Shown here one piece after another: positions 1 through 8,474 of a stretch of 43,905 nt of DNA. Location of the stretch: positions 1 to 43,905 of the forward strand of contig JBFGJH010000022.1 in NCBI GenBank assembly GCA_041577335.1. Direction: 5' to 3'. Below the pieces are notes generated by a model that did not search any database, was not told where the DNA came from, and saw only the letters and a program-made list of their open reading frames with translations. The first letter of the stretch is position 1. The number at the start of each line of letters is the position of its first letter. This stretch comes from Acidimicrobiia bacterium (lineage in GTDB: Bacteria; Actinomycetota; Acidimicrobiia; Spongiisociales; JAENVV01). The translations under genes and the position numbers were made by a program.

Positions 1-140
1 CCGGTGACCAGGACAAGGCCGGCCCACCACACATTGCCGAGCTGTTGACCCCACAGGACGCCGACCCAAACCACCGCCGCCACAGCCAGCGTCTGGCACC
101 CCTGTCTGTCCGGCCACCGAACGATGCCCACCAGCCTCAC
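1..140 (-). CDS. comEC: ComEC/Rec2 competence protein, 5' end (truncated by window edge)
   Basis: GTG at 140 overlaps the comEA stop (GTGA). The frame is open to the window edge and hydrophobic (MRLVGIVRWPDRQGCQTLAVAAVVWVGVLWGQQLGNVWWAGLVLVT). Identity is inferred from comEA-comEC synteny. Confidence 0.6.
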   Translation of the reverse strand, partial: MRLVGIVRWPDRQGCQTLAVAAVVWVGVLWGQQLGNVWWAGLVLVT

Positions 141-688
141 GGGACAACGACATGCTCACGCAAGGCAGCCAGTTTGGCCTCCCCGATACCGCTCACGTCC
201 AGCAGGTCCTCGATCTCTCCGAACGGGCCAAACGCGTCACGGTGGGCAACGATTCGCTCGGCGAGCACAGGTCCAACTCCTGGCAAAGTTTCGATCTCGG
301 AGGCGGAGGCTCCGTTGAGCCGAACCCGTCCGTCGCTTTCCACCATGGTTGCTCCCTGCCCCGTGCCCACCGAGGGGACAACGACCTGCTGCTCGTCGAT
401 GAGAACCCCGGCCAAGTTGAGTGCGCCCAAGTCCGCCTCGGTGGTTGCGCCGCCGGCGGCAGCGACCGCGTCGGCCACCCGCGACTCGGCCGGAAGCTGA
501 ACCAGTCCCGGAGCCTGAACAGCCCCTGCCACGTGGACGGTTATCGACTCGGAGTCGACCTTGGTGACGCCGGCCGGGGCAGCGAAGGGCTCGGTGTGCG
601 GCGGGCGACCAAACCACCAAGCCCCTCCGACCACCAAGAACGCCAACAGCCCGAGCCCGGCGATCCTCCCGCCCACTGCCAACGACAC
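137..688 (-). CDS. comEA: ComEA family DNA-binding protein (TM, SLBB, helix-hairpin-helix)
   Basis: VHVAGAV..PG SLBB motif, LETLPGVGP-like and LLDVSGIG HhH motifs; GAGGAGG RBS upstream of GTG. Confidence 0.92.
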   Translation of the reverse strand: MSLAVGGRIAGLGLLAFLVVGGAWWFGRPPHTEPFAAPAGVTKVDSESITVHVAGAVQAPGLVQLPAESRVADAVAAAGGATTEADLGALNLAGVLIDEQQVVVPSVGTGQGATMVESDGRVRLNGASASEIETLPGVGPVLAERIVAHRDAFGPFGEIEDLLDVSGIGEAKLAALREHVVVP

Positions 689-816
689 CGACCCTCCTCA
701 ACGACACAAGCGCCCCAGGGGAGCGCCATCTGCCTTCTATCACACGTCGCGTCCCGCTGGAAGACGGTTGCCTTGCCGCGGTAGAGTCGCCCTTTCCCCC
801 TTGAGAGGACCCTTTC

Positions 817-1620
817 GTGGATCGCTACCGAGTGCCACCGGACAGCAGCATCGACCTTGGCGCAATCGACGCCAACGACAAGGCGTTGTTCGCAGGGTCC
901 AAGAAGGAGGGGCGCGCCTACCTGGCTGAGCTCAATGAACGTCTCGAGCATCTCCAGGAGCTGATGTACGCCGAGGGGAAGCACAAGCTTCTCGTGGTCC
1001 TCCAAGCCATGGACACCGGCGGCAAGGACGGCACCATCCGCCATGTGTTCGAGGGCGTGAACCCACAGGGAGTGAAGGTGGCGTCCTTCAAAAAGCCGAC
1101 TCCCGAGGAGCTGGCGCACGACTACCTCTGGAGGATTCACGAGCACACGCCCTCCTCCGGGCAAATCGCGATATTCAATCGAAGCCATTACGAGGACGTG
1201 CTGGTGGTGCGCGTCCACGAACTGGTTCCGCACGAGCGGTGGTCGAAGCGGTACGACCACATCCGCGATTTTGAGCAGATGCTGGCCGACGAGGGGACCA
1301 CGATCCTCAAGTTCTACCTCCACATCGATCTCGACGAGCAGAAGGAACGGCTGCAGGAGCGGCTGGACACGCCTGAGAAGCATTGGAAGTTCGCCAAGGG
1401 CGACTTGGCCGAACGAGCCCGTTGGAACGACTACATGAACGCCTACGAGGAAATGCTCCAGCGGACGTCCACGGAAACAGCCCCCTGGTATGTGATCCCC
1501 GCCAACCGGAAGTGGTACCGCAACATCGTCATCTCCGAGATCCTCATCTCCACATTGGAGGCCCTCGACATGTCCTACCCCGAGGCTGAAGAGGGGCTCG
1601 AGGACATCACGATCGAGTGA
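817..1620 (+). CDS. ppk2: Polyphosphate kinase 2 family protein (probably class III)
   Basis: QAMDTGGKDGTIRH Walker A, FNRSHYEDV, KHWKF, APWYVIPANRKW; GAGGA RBS. Confidence 0.93.
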   Translation: MDRYRVPPDSSIDLGAIDANDKALFAGSKKEGRAYLAELNERLEHLQELMYAEGKHKLLVVLQAMDTGGKDGTIRHVFEGVNPQGVKVASFKKPTPEELAHDYLWRIHEHTPSSGQIAIFNRSHYEDVLVVRVHELVPHERWSKRYDHIRDFEQMLADEGTTILKFYLHIDLDEQKERLQERLDTPEKHWKFAKGDLAERARWNDYMNAYEEMLQRTSTETAPWYVIPANRKWYRNIVISEILISTLEALDMSYPEAEEGLEDITIE

Positions 1621-1936
1621 GCTGAGCTTCCTTTTCCAAAGAGATGCGGGCATATGCCTCGTCGTGGCCCAGACCACGCCTGCGTCCGTCCACGTATTCG
1701 GTGAGGTATCGCCGCACGAAGCGGGTCATTCCCAGACGTCGCCACTGGTCGATGTGCACGAGCTCGTGACGGAGCACCCGATCCAACGAATCCTCCGGCA
1801 CCTGACGGCTGACGTAGATTCCCCAGGGAGCCGCCAGGCCCGCATAACGACCGAACAGCCGACCCGGCACGAACCTCACGGGAATAGCCGAGTGGCGCGC
1901 CGGGACCTGCGCCAGCTCGCCAGCTCGGTGCTTCAC
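1607..1936 (-). CDS. Small zincin-motif protein (DUF4157-like)
   Basis: LRHELVHIDQW HExxH motif plus distal E (SLEKEA). GTG at 1936 overlaps the leuS stop (GTGA); the ORF-track start at 2008 lies inside leuS. Confidence 0.65.
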   Translation of the reverse strand: MKHRAGELAQVPARHSAIPVRFVPGRLFGRYAGLAAPWGIYVSRQVPEDSLDRVLRHELVHIDQWRRLGMTRFVRRYLTEYVDGRRRGLGHDEAYARISLEKEAQLTRS

Positions 1937-4368
1937 TCGCCGACGACGATGTTGACGAGGTTGGGTGGTCGGACAATGACCTTGCGGATGGTCTTGCCGT
2001 CTGTCCAACCAACGATCTTCTCGGTGGCGAGCGCGGCGGCTTCGGCCTCGTCAGCCGAAATCGAGGCGGATACATCGAGACGGTCGCGGACCTTCCCGTC
2101 GATTTGGATCACCATCGTCACCGTCTCCTCGACGAGCAACGCTGGGTCCGGCTCTGGCCAAGCGTGGTAGACCAGCATGCCTGCGAAGCCCTTTCGTTCC
2201 CATAGCTCGTGCGCGAAATGAGGAGCCATTGGCGACAACATGAGGAGCATCAGCCGCAGGACCTCATCGAGCGTCTCCTGTCTCGCCCCGTCCCGAGCGT
2301 ATGAAGTGAGCGCGTTCGAAAGGGCCATGAGGGCCGCTACCGCCGTATTGAAGACGAACCGATCGATGTCCTCGGTCACCTTCTCGACGGTGCGATGGGC
2401 AAGGGCCAGGATCCCTCGGTCGGCATCTGTTTCAGGTCGACTTTCTGGTTGGCCGACTTCTCCGGTCGCCACCCTCCACACTCGATCGAGGAACCGGCTG
2501 GTGCCGTCGACTCCCCGCTCTGACCAGATCGCTCCCTCGGTGGGCGGGCCGATGAAGAGGTGATAGAGCCGCAGGGCGTCAGCACCGTGAGACTCGATGA
2601 ATCTGTCGGGGGTCACGACGTTGCCCTTGGACTTGGACATCTTGCCGCCCTCGAGCTGAATCATGCCCTGAGTGAACAGCCGCGCGAACGGCTCCTGGAC
2701 CCCCACCATGCCCATGTCGGCAAGAAACTTGGTGATGAACCGGGCGTAGAGAAGGTGCAACACGGCGTGCTCCACCCCTCCGATGTACTGGTCGAGCGGC
2801 ATCCAGTACTTGACCTTGTCCGGGTCGAAGATCGCCTCGTCGTTGGAGGCGTCGGCATACCGGAGGAAGTACCACGACGAATCCACGAAGGTGTCCATGG
2901 TGTCAGTTTCTCGCTGGGCTGGCCCCCCGCATTGTGGGCAGTCGACGTTGACGAACTCCGGCGACGACGCCAGGGGCGATCGGCCTCCCGGCGCGTAATC
3001 GTCGATGTCGGGATGAATCACGGGGAGGTCTTCTTCGGGGACCGGCACCAGGCCGCAATCGGGGCAGTCGATCATCGGGATCGGGCAGCCCCAGTACCGC
3101 TGGCGTGAGATCAACCAGTCGCGCAGCCGGAAGTTGATGGTGCCGTAGCCGATACCTTTCGCCTCGAACCACTCGATGGTCTTGGCCTTGGCCGCGTCCA
3201 TCTCGAGCCCATCCAGAAACTCCGAGTTGATGGCCGGCCCGTCACCCGTGTACGCCTCGCCTTCGAAGTCGGAGGGAGGCTGGACGGTCCGAATGATGTC
3301 GATGCCGTACTTCGTGGCGAAGTCCCAGTCGCGTTGATCCTGGCCCGGCACAGCCATGATGGCACCGGTGCCGTAGCCCATCAGGACGTAGTCGGCGATG
3401 TAGATGGGCACGAGTGCCCCATTGACCGGATTGATCGCATACCGCCCGGTGAAGACGCCGGACTTGTCGCCCTCGGCGACCCGCTCGATCTCTGTGGCTG
3501 CCCGGGCGGCGGTGATGTAGGCCTCGGCCTCATGCTGCACCTCTTGGCCTTCGATCAGCGCAGGCACGAGCGGATGTTCCGGCGCCAGCACGGCAAACGT
3601 CATCCCAAACGAGGTGTCAGGTCGGGTGGTGTACACCTCGAAGCTCAGGTCGGAGTCGGCCACCTGCATCGTGAATTGGCAGCCTTCCGAACGCCCGATC
3701 CAGTTCCTTTGCATGGTGACTACCCGCTCGGGCCACTGCAACCCTTCGAGGTCGTCGAGCAGGCGCTGGGCATAGTCGGTGATCTTGAAGAACCACTGGC
3801 TGAGGTCGCGCTTCTCCACCACGGTCCCACACCGATCACACAGTCCGTCGACGACCTGCTCGTTGGCGAGCACCGTGGCGTCTTTCGGGCACCAGTTCAC
3901 CGGCGCGCGCTCTTTGTAGGCCAAACCCCGCTCGTAGAGTTTCAGGAACAGCCATTGATCCCAGTGGTAGTACGACGGTTCGTGAGCAGCCAGCTCCCGG
4001 TCCCAGTCGTAGCCGGCTCCCAGCCTCTTGATTTGCTGAGTCATCCGAGCAATCTGCGTTTCGGTGAACGTGCGGGGGTGGATGCCGGTTTCAATGGCGG
4101 CGTTCTCGGCAGGGAGGCCGAAAGAATCCCAACCGAAGGGTGAGAGCACGTTGAAACCGCGCATCATCTTGTAGCGGGTGATCAAATCGCCGTACGTGTA
4201 GTTGCGCACGTGGCCCATGTGCAGGTCGCCCGATGGGTACGGGTACATGCATACGTTGTAGAACTTGGGCCGGGCCGGGTCCTCGGTCACGTTGAAGACG
4301 CGGTCGGTTTCCCACCGTTTCTGCCATTTCAGTTCGATGGCATCGAAGTCATATGCCGCCAAACGCAC
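1933..4368 (-). CDS. leuS: Leucine--tRNA ligase
   Basis: MYPYPSGDLHMGH, GWDSFGLPAENAA, RDWLISRQRYWG, YIGGVEHA, KMSKS. Confidence 0.98.
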   Translation of the reverse strand: MRLAAYDFDAIELKWQKRWETDRVFNVTEDPARPKFYNVCMYPYPSGDLHMGHVRNYTYGDLITRYKMMRGFNVLSPFGWDSFGLPAENAAIETGIHPRTFTETQIARMTQQIKRLGAGYDWDRELAAHEPSYYHWDQWLFLKLYERGLAYKERAPVNWCPKDATVLANEQVVDGLCDRCGTVVEKRDLSQWFFKITDYAQRLLDDLEGLQWPERVVTMQRNWIGRSEGCQFTMQVADSDLSFEVYTTRPDTSFGMTFAVLAPEHPLVPALIEGQEVQHEAEAYITAARAATEIERVAEGDKSGVFTGRYAINPVNGALVPIYIADYVLMGYGTGAIMAVPGQDQRDWDFATKYGIDIIRTVQPPSDFEGEAYTGDGPAINSEFLDGLEMDAAKAKTIEWFEAKGIGYGTINFRLRDWLISRQRYWGCPIPMIDCPDCGLVPVPEEDLPVIHPDIDDYAPGGRSPLASSPEFVNVDCPQCGGPAQRETDTMDTFVDSSWYFLRYADASNDEAIFDPDKVKYWMPLDQYIGGVEHAVLHLLYARFITKFLADMGMVGVQEPFARLFTQGMIQLEGGKMSKSKGNVVTPDRFIESHGADALRLYHLFIGPPTEGAIWSERGVDGTSRFLDRVWRVATGEVGQPESRPETDADRGILALAHRTVEKVTEDIDRFVFNTAVAALMALSNALTSYARDGARQETLDEVLRLMLLMLSPMAPHFAHELWERKGFAGMLVYHAWPEPDPALLVEETVTMVIQIDGKVRDRLDVSASISADEAEAAALATEKIVGWTDGKTIRKVIVRPPNLVNIVVGE

Positions 4369-4438
4369 GCTCCTCTGTGAGGCAGGGAGGGTACCAGGGC
4401 CGTCCGCCGCTCCGTCCTGACATAAGAGCGACGGTGCG

Positions 4439-5263
4439 CTATTCGCCGGTTCCCTTCAGAAAATCTTCGATTTCCGTGGCGATCTCCTCGGCACTGGGAA
4501 GGTCGTCTGGGTCGACCAATGACTCGAGCTGGTTGAGAAACTCGGAGACCTCGGGGTTGGCGGCAACCAGCCGGTCGAGCCGGTCGCGCTGCTCGATGGC
4601 CTCTTCCAAAAGGCCCCGCAACGGCACTTCGACGTCGAGGTGGCGGGCCACTCGCTCCACCAATGCCACAACGCCCTGTTTGAAGCGGTCCCCCACGTAG
4701 TGCGGGACCTGCGCCCAGAAACCGTAGGTTGGCATCCCTGCTTGGGCCAGATGCCATTCGATGCTCGTCACCGCCGCGCCAGGAACCCGGAGCAGACCTT
4801 CGGGGACTCGCTCGCCCATGGCAGAGAAATCTGCCGTAGTTGAAGTGCTGAGAACGTTGGTGGGGCGGGTATGGGCGACCGCGGCTGGTACGGATCCCAC
4901 ACACACCAGCTCAGCCACGCCCCATGCGCTGGTGAGGTCGACCATCGCCCGGCCCAGCCCCTGCCATCGGAACTCCGGTTCCGTTCCTGTCATCACCAAC
5001 AGTGAGGCGTCGCCGAAGGTGACCGATCTCACCGTGACTTCCGGATACTCGACCGACTGGAGCTTGCCGTCGATGAAGTCGACCGTGGGTCGATTGACGC
5101 GGTAGTCGAAGATCTCGTCGGGGTCGAGATGGCCCACGACGTCGCCGCCCATGGCGAGATGCTCCGCCGCTCCGGTGCCAACACCGGCGGCGTCGACCCA
5201 GCCGCTGAACGCCACGATGAGCGTTGAGCCAGGGAACGCTCGGTCGGTTTCCGGTATGAACAT
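4439..5263 (-). CDS. PAC2 family proteasome assembly chaperone-like protein
   Basis: AFSGWVDAA, DYRVNRP, GTEPEFRW, HTRP, WAQVPHY motifs; C-terminal 'EEIATEIEDFL'. Confidence 0.88.
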   Translation of the reverse strand: MFIPETDRAFPGSTLIVAFSGWVDAAGVGTGAAEHLAMGGDVVGHLDPDEIFDYRVNRPTVDFIDGKLQSVEYPEVTVRSVTFGDASLLVMTGTEPEFRWQGLGRAMVDLTSAWGVAELVCVGSVPAAVAHTRPTNVLSTSTTADFSAMGERVPEGLLRVPGAAVTSIEWHLAQAGMPTYGFWAQVPHYVGDRFKQGVVALVERVARHLDVEVPLRGLLEEAIEQRDRLDRLVAANPEVSEFLNQLESLVDPDDLPSAEEIATEIEDFLKGTGE

Positions 5264-5315
5264 GGAACCAGGCTACCTGGTGGCCACATCAACCTCCCGA
5301 GGACCAGCCAACAGA

Positions 5316-5344
5316 GACCGGCCCCGGAAGGTCCGGGGCCGGTC
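5316..5344 (-). terminator. Probable intrinsic terminator hairpin
   Basis: Perfect 13-bp stem GACCGGCCCCGGA-agg-TCCGGGGCCGGTC, just downstream of the 5367 stop; followed by TCTGTT on the minus strand. Confidence 0.7.
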
Positions 5345-5366
5345 AGTGCGCTGATCGTGGTTTCCG

Positions 5367-5873
5367 TCAGGGCGTGACCACCCCGGTGAACGTCGAGGCT
5401 CCCAACACCGGCTGGCAGGGGCTCCCTGACCAGTCGTTGAGGTTGGCGATGACGCCCGACGCCGAATATCCGGCGAAGGCGCGCGTGCCCGCACCTGATC
5501 CCGTCCCCGAGAAGGTGATGCCGTCCGGGCTCGAAACGCGGAACCCGATGCTCCATTGACCGTCGTAGGTCCAGGACCGTTGCTGGTGAACGCCCCAGAA
5601 CACGACACTCCCGTCCGGGTAGAGATTGGCGTTCGCCCGACGGCGGAACAGCCCGTCGAAGCGTGCATCGTCCGACTCGCTCTCACCAAGGATCGTGATG
5701 CCCCTGACATAGACGGTGCCGTCTTCTCCCACTCGGACGGTCTCGGTGCCGAGGTCCTGGCACTCATACGCGGCGAGCGAAACCTCGGTGTCCGCCATCG
5801 CCGCCGGTGCTGCCACCAACAATCCGGTCGTCACGGCCAGCGCAACGAGGATCAATCGAATCTTCCCAGTCAT
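5367..5873 (-). CDS. Secreted hypothetical protein, paralogue A
   Basis: ATG at 5873 with GGAGG RBS; signal peptide ending AMA; clear paralogue of 6079..6582. Confidence 0.85.
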   Translation of the reverse strand: MTGKIRLILVALAVTTGLLVAAPAAMADTEVSLAAYECQDLGTETVRVGEDGTVYVRGITILGESESDDARFDGLFRRRANANLYPDGSVVFWGVHQQRSWTYDGQWSIGFRVSSPDGITFSGTGSGAGTRAFAGYSASGVIANLNDWSGSPCQPVLGASTFTGVVTP

Positions 5874-6078
5874 AGTTCCTCCCATCTGGTGAAGATCGCG
5901 CCCACTCCCCACCGGAGAAGGCTGTGCTTCAAACGTACACGCCAACTGCGCATCCGTGGCCACACCCCGTGTTTTTTCACGCTGGGCGGTCGAACGATGG
6001 CCACAGCGTGCGAACGTCGCGAGTTGGACGAAGACCACGGCCGACCCCAGATACCAGGGCAGGCTCGTAGCCCTCTCG

Positions 6079-6582
6079 TCAGTCGGTTATGACCCCCGTG
6101 AACTCCGATATCTCGATTACCGGATTGCATGGGCTTGGCCCAGGATCAACCGCAGGTGCGATCGTGCCTGAGAGACCGAGTCCAGCGAATGCGCGCGCAC
6201 CTGCGCCCGATCCGGTACCGAGGAATCCATCGCTATCAAAAGGAACCCTGAAACCGAGCTTCCAAGTGCCGTTGTACGTGTGCGAACGCTGCTCGTGCAC
6301 ACCCCAGGCAACTCCGCTTCCGTCCGGGTAGAGGTCGACATTGGTGCGCCGCCGGAACAACCCGTCGAGCCGGGCGTCGGACGACTCCGACTCGCCCAGT
6401 AGCGTCTGACCTCTGATGTGGATCGTGCCGTCGGCGTCGACGCGAACGGCCTCGGTTCCTAGGTCATCGCACACGTACGCGACGAGCGAGACCTCCTCGT
6501 CGGCCAGGACAGGTGGGGTAGCCGCGACCAGTCCGGTCGCCACCGCCACGGCGACGAACACCAAACGAATCTTCCCAGTCAT
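6079..6582 (-). CDS. Secreted hypothetical protein, paralogue B
   Basis: ATG at 6582 with GGAGG RBS; signal peptide; shares MTGKIRL, LGESES.DAR.DGLFRRR, LYPDGS and GTGSGAG.RAFAG with paralogue A. Confidence 0.85.
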   Translation of the reverse strand: MTGKIRLVFVAVAVATGLVAATPPVLADEEVSLVAYVCDDLGTEAVRVDADGTIHIRGQTLLGESESSDARLDGLFRRRTNVDLYPDGSGVAWGVHEQRSHTYNGTWKLGFRVPFDSDGFLGTGSGAGARAFAGLGLSGTIAPAVDPGPSPCNPVIEISEFTGVITD

Positions 6583-6688
6583 ACAGCCTCCATTCCGGAG
6601 AAGATCGCGCCCGATCCCCCCGGAACGGGCTGGTGACGAGGAACATATCAAGGTCGCCTAATGGCTACCAGGCACTGTTCCGAAAAAG

Positions 6689-7273
6689 TTACCCTGGGCG
6701 GTCCAGGACCGATCGGACGAGGACGAAGTCCGCCTGCATGGCATCGGTTACGTGGGCGGCACCGCGCAGAGCCGCCGAAGGATGGAAAGTCGGGACCACC
6801 TGGATACCCCGCCACCAGTCATAGATCTGGCCGCGCATCTTGGTGATACCGGTCTCGGTGCGCAGAATCAGCTTGGTTGCGAAGTTCCCCAGCGTCATCA
6901 CCACTTCGGGTTCGACCAGCTCCATCTGGGTCGCCAAGTATCCCTTGCACGATTCGATCTCGTCCGGCTTGGGATCCCGGTTGTTGGGAGGCCGGCATTT
7001 GAGCACATTGGTGATGTACACCTCGCTCCGCGTGAGGCCGATCTCTTCGATGAGTCGATCGAGCAGCTGTCCGGCAGCGCCGACAAACGGCTCCCCTTGC
7101 TCGTCCTCGTTGGCGCCGGGCGCCTCGCCAACGAACATCACCCGAGCGTTGGGGGATCCAACTCCGAAGACGACCTGAGTGCGGGTGTCGGCGAGACGGC
7201 AGTCGGTGCAGGACGAAGTCTCGACGGCGAGCTCGAGGAGGCGAACATGGCGAGGCTTTTCACTCATCGTCAC
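6689..7273 (-). CDS. Uracil-DNA glycosylase family 4 (Fe-S)
   Basis: [39 protein letters not shown]; start is GTG 7273 or ATG 7267. Confidence 0.95.
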   Translation of the reverse strand: MTMSEKPRHVRLLELAVETSSCTDCRLADTRTQVVFGVGSPNARVMFVGEAPGANEDEQGEPFVGAAGQLLDRLIEEIGLTRSEVYITNVLKCRPPNNRDPKPDEIESCKGYLATQMELVEPEVVMTLGNFATKLILRTETGITKMRGQIYDWWRGIQVVPTFHPSAALRGAAHVTDAMQADFVLVRSVLDRPG

Positions 7274-8127
7274 TCGTAGGTGTAGAACCCACGGCCGGTC
7301 TTGCGACCCAGCAGGCCGGCTTCGACCATCCGGGTCAAGAGTGGCGGCGGCGCGTATTGGGGCTGCTTGAACTCCTCGAAGAGCACGTCTGCCACGAACT
7401 TCATGGTGTCGAGGCCGATGAAGTCGGCCAGCTCGAGCGGCCCCATCGGATGGTTGGCGCCGAGCTTCATGCCATTGTCGATGTCCTCGGCTGACGCAAA
7501 CCCCTGCTCGTACATCTTCATGGCTTCGGTCATGTAGGGAACGAGCAGCATGTTGACCACGAACCCGGCCCGGTCCTTGGCATGAACGACTGTCTTGCCG
7601 AGCTGGTCGGCGGCGAAAGCTGAGGCTCGATCTCGCACGCCGTCGTCGACGAGCACAGTCGACACGATCTCGACGAGCGCCATGACGGGCACGGGGTTGA
7701 AGAAGTGCATGCCAACAACCTTCTCCGGTCGCTTGGTGGCTTTGGCGAGGCGCGTGATCGGCAGCGACGACGTATTCGAGGCGAGGATGGCGTCGTCGGC
7801 CTCAACCACCTGATCGAGACTCGCGAAGATCTCGAGCTTGAGGTCTTCGTTCTCGACGACGGCTTCGATCACGATCTCCCGGTCGTCCATGGCCGCCAGG
7901 TCGGTGGTGAACTGGATCCTGCCAATGGCGGCGTCGCGATCGGCCTCATCGAGCTTGCCCCGACTGACCGCCCGGTCGAGCGACTTGGTGATGCGGGCCT
8001 CACCGGCGCCGGCCGCTGCTTGGTCGATCTCACGCACGATCACGTCGATACCTGCTTTGGCGGCGACCTCGGCGATGCCCGCTCCCATCTGCCCGCCACC
8101 GACGACCCCAAGTCGTTCTACTGCCAT
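7270..8127 (-). CDS. 3-hydroxybutyryl-CoA dehydrogenase
   Basis: GVVGGGQMGAGIA Rossmann motif, EAVVE, ASNTSSL, GMHFFNP, HPMGP, GRKTGRGFY. ATG at 8127 has a GGAGG RBS; the ORF-track extension to 8478 looks non-coding. Confidence 0.95.
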   Translation of the reverse strand: MAVERLGVVGGGQMGAGIAEVAAKAGIDVIVREIDQAAAGAGEARITKSLDRAVSRGKLDEADRDAAIGRIQFTTDLAAMDDREIVIEAVVENEDLKLEIFASLDQVVEADDAILASNTSSLPITRLAKATKRPEKVVGMHFFNPVPVMALVEIVSTVLVDDGVRDRASAFAADQLGKTVVHAKDRAGFVVNMLLVPYMTEAMKMYEQGFASAEDIDNGMKLGANHPMGPLELADFIGLDTMKFVADVLFEEFKQPQYAPPPLLTRMVEAGLLGRKTGRGFYTYE

Positions 8128-8178
8128 GTTGTTCCTCCAAGAGTCAGGACCGGCATTGTCGCAGATCGCACCCTCGTT

Positions 8179-8460
8179 TCTGTCTCCTCCCTTCACGGCG
8201 GCGTAGCCGCCGTGTCGTTGGGGCGAGAACGCTGTGCGTTCTCGAATGCAGTTGCTTCGCAACTGCGCGGAGATTGGACTCGGCGACAGCCGAGGACGGA
8301 GGGGGCAGAGAAGAAGCGAAGCGACGACGACGTGACATCCCAACAGGATCAGCCTCTTGCCAAGCACTACCCTCCGCTTCGCTCCGGGCCCCCCTCGCCG
8401 CCGCCTACCGGCGACGCCACTCCCCCCAACGCTCGGCCAAGGCCTCGCTGGAGGAAGAAA
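8179..8460. repeat. Multi-hairpin palindromic intergenic element (REP/MITE-like or structured RNA)
   Basis: Four perfect hairpins (8194-8214, 8224-8244, 8248-8266, 8279-8294) enclosed by a 12-bp stem with G-U pairs; further GCGAAGCG/CGCTTCGC complementarity downstream. Confidence 0.6.
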
Positions 8461-8474
8461 CCCTGGCAACCTCT

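Noticed and set aside
4369..4438. T-box riboswitch upstream of leuS (also checked for valS)
   Set aside because: Leaders are too short and have no T-box UGGNACC antiterminator with stem I.
5942..6027. Possible riboswitch between the tandem paralogues
   Set aside because: Only an imperfect inverted repeat (CCAACT/AGTTGG, GTGGCCA/TGGCCAC), with no recognisable aptamer consensus.
6689..7273. UdgX (covalent uracil-binding variant)
   Set aside because: Lacks the KRRIH R-loop; has the ordinary [10 protein letters not shown] of family 4 UDG.
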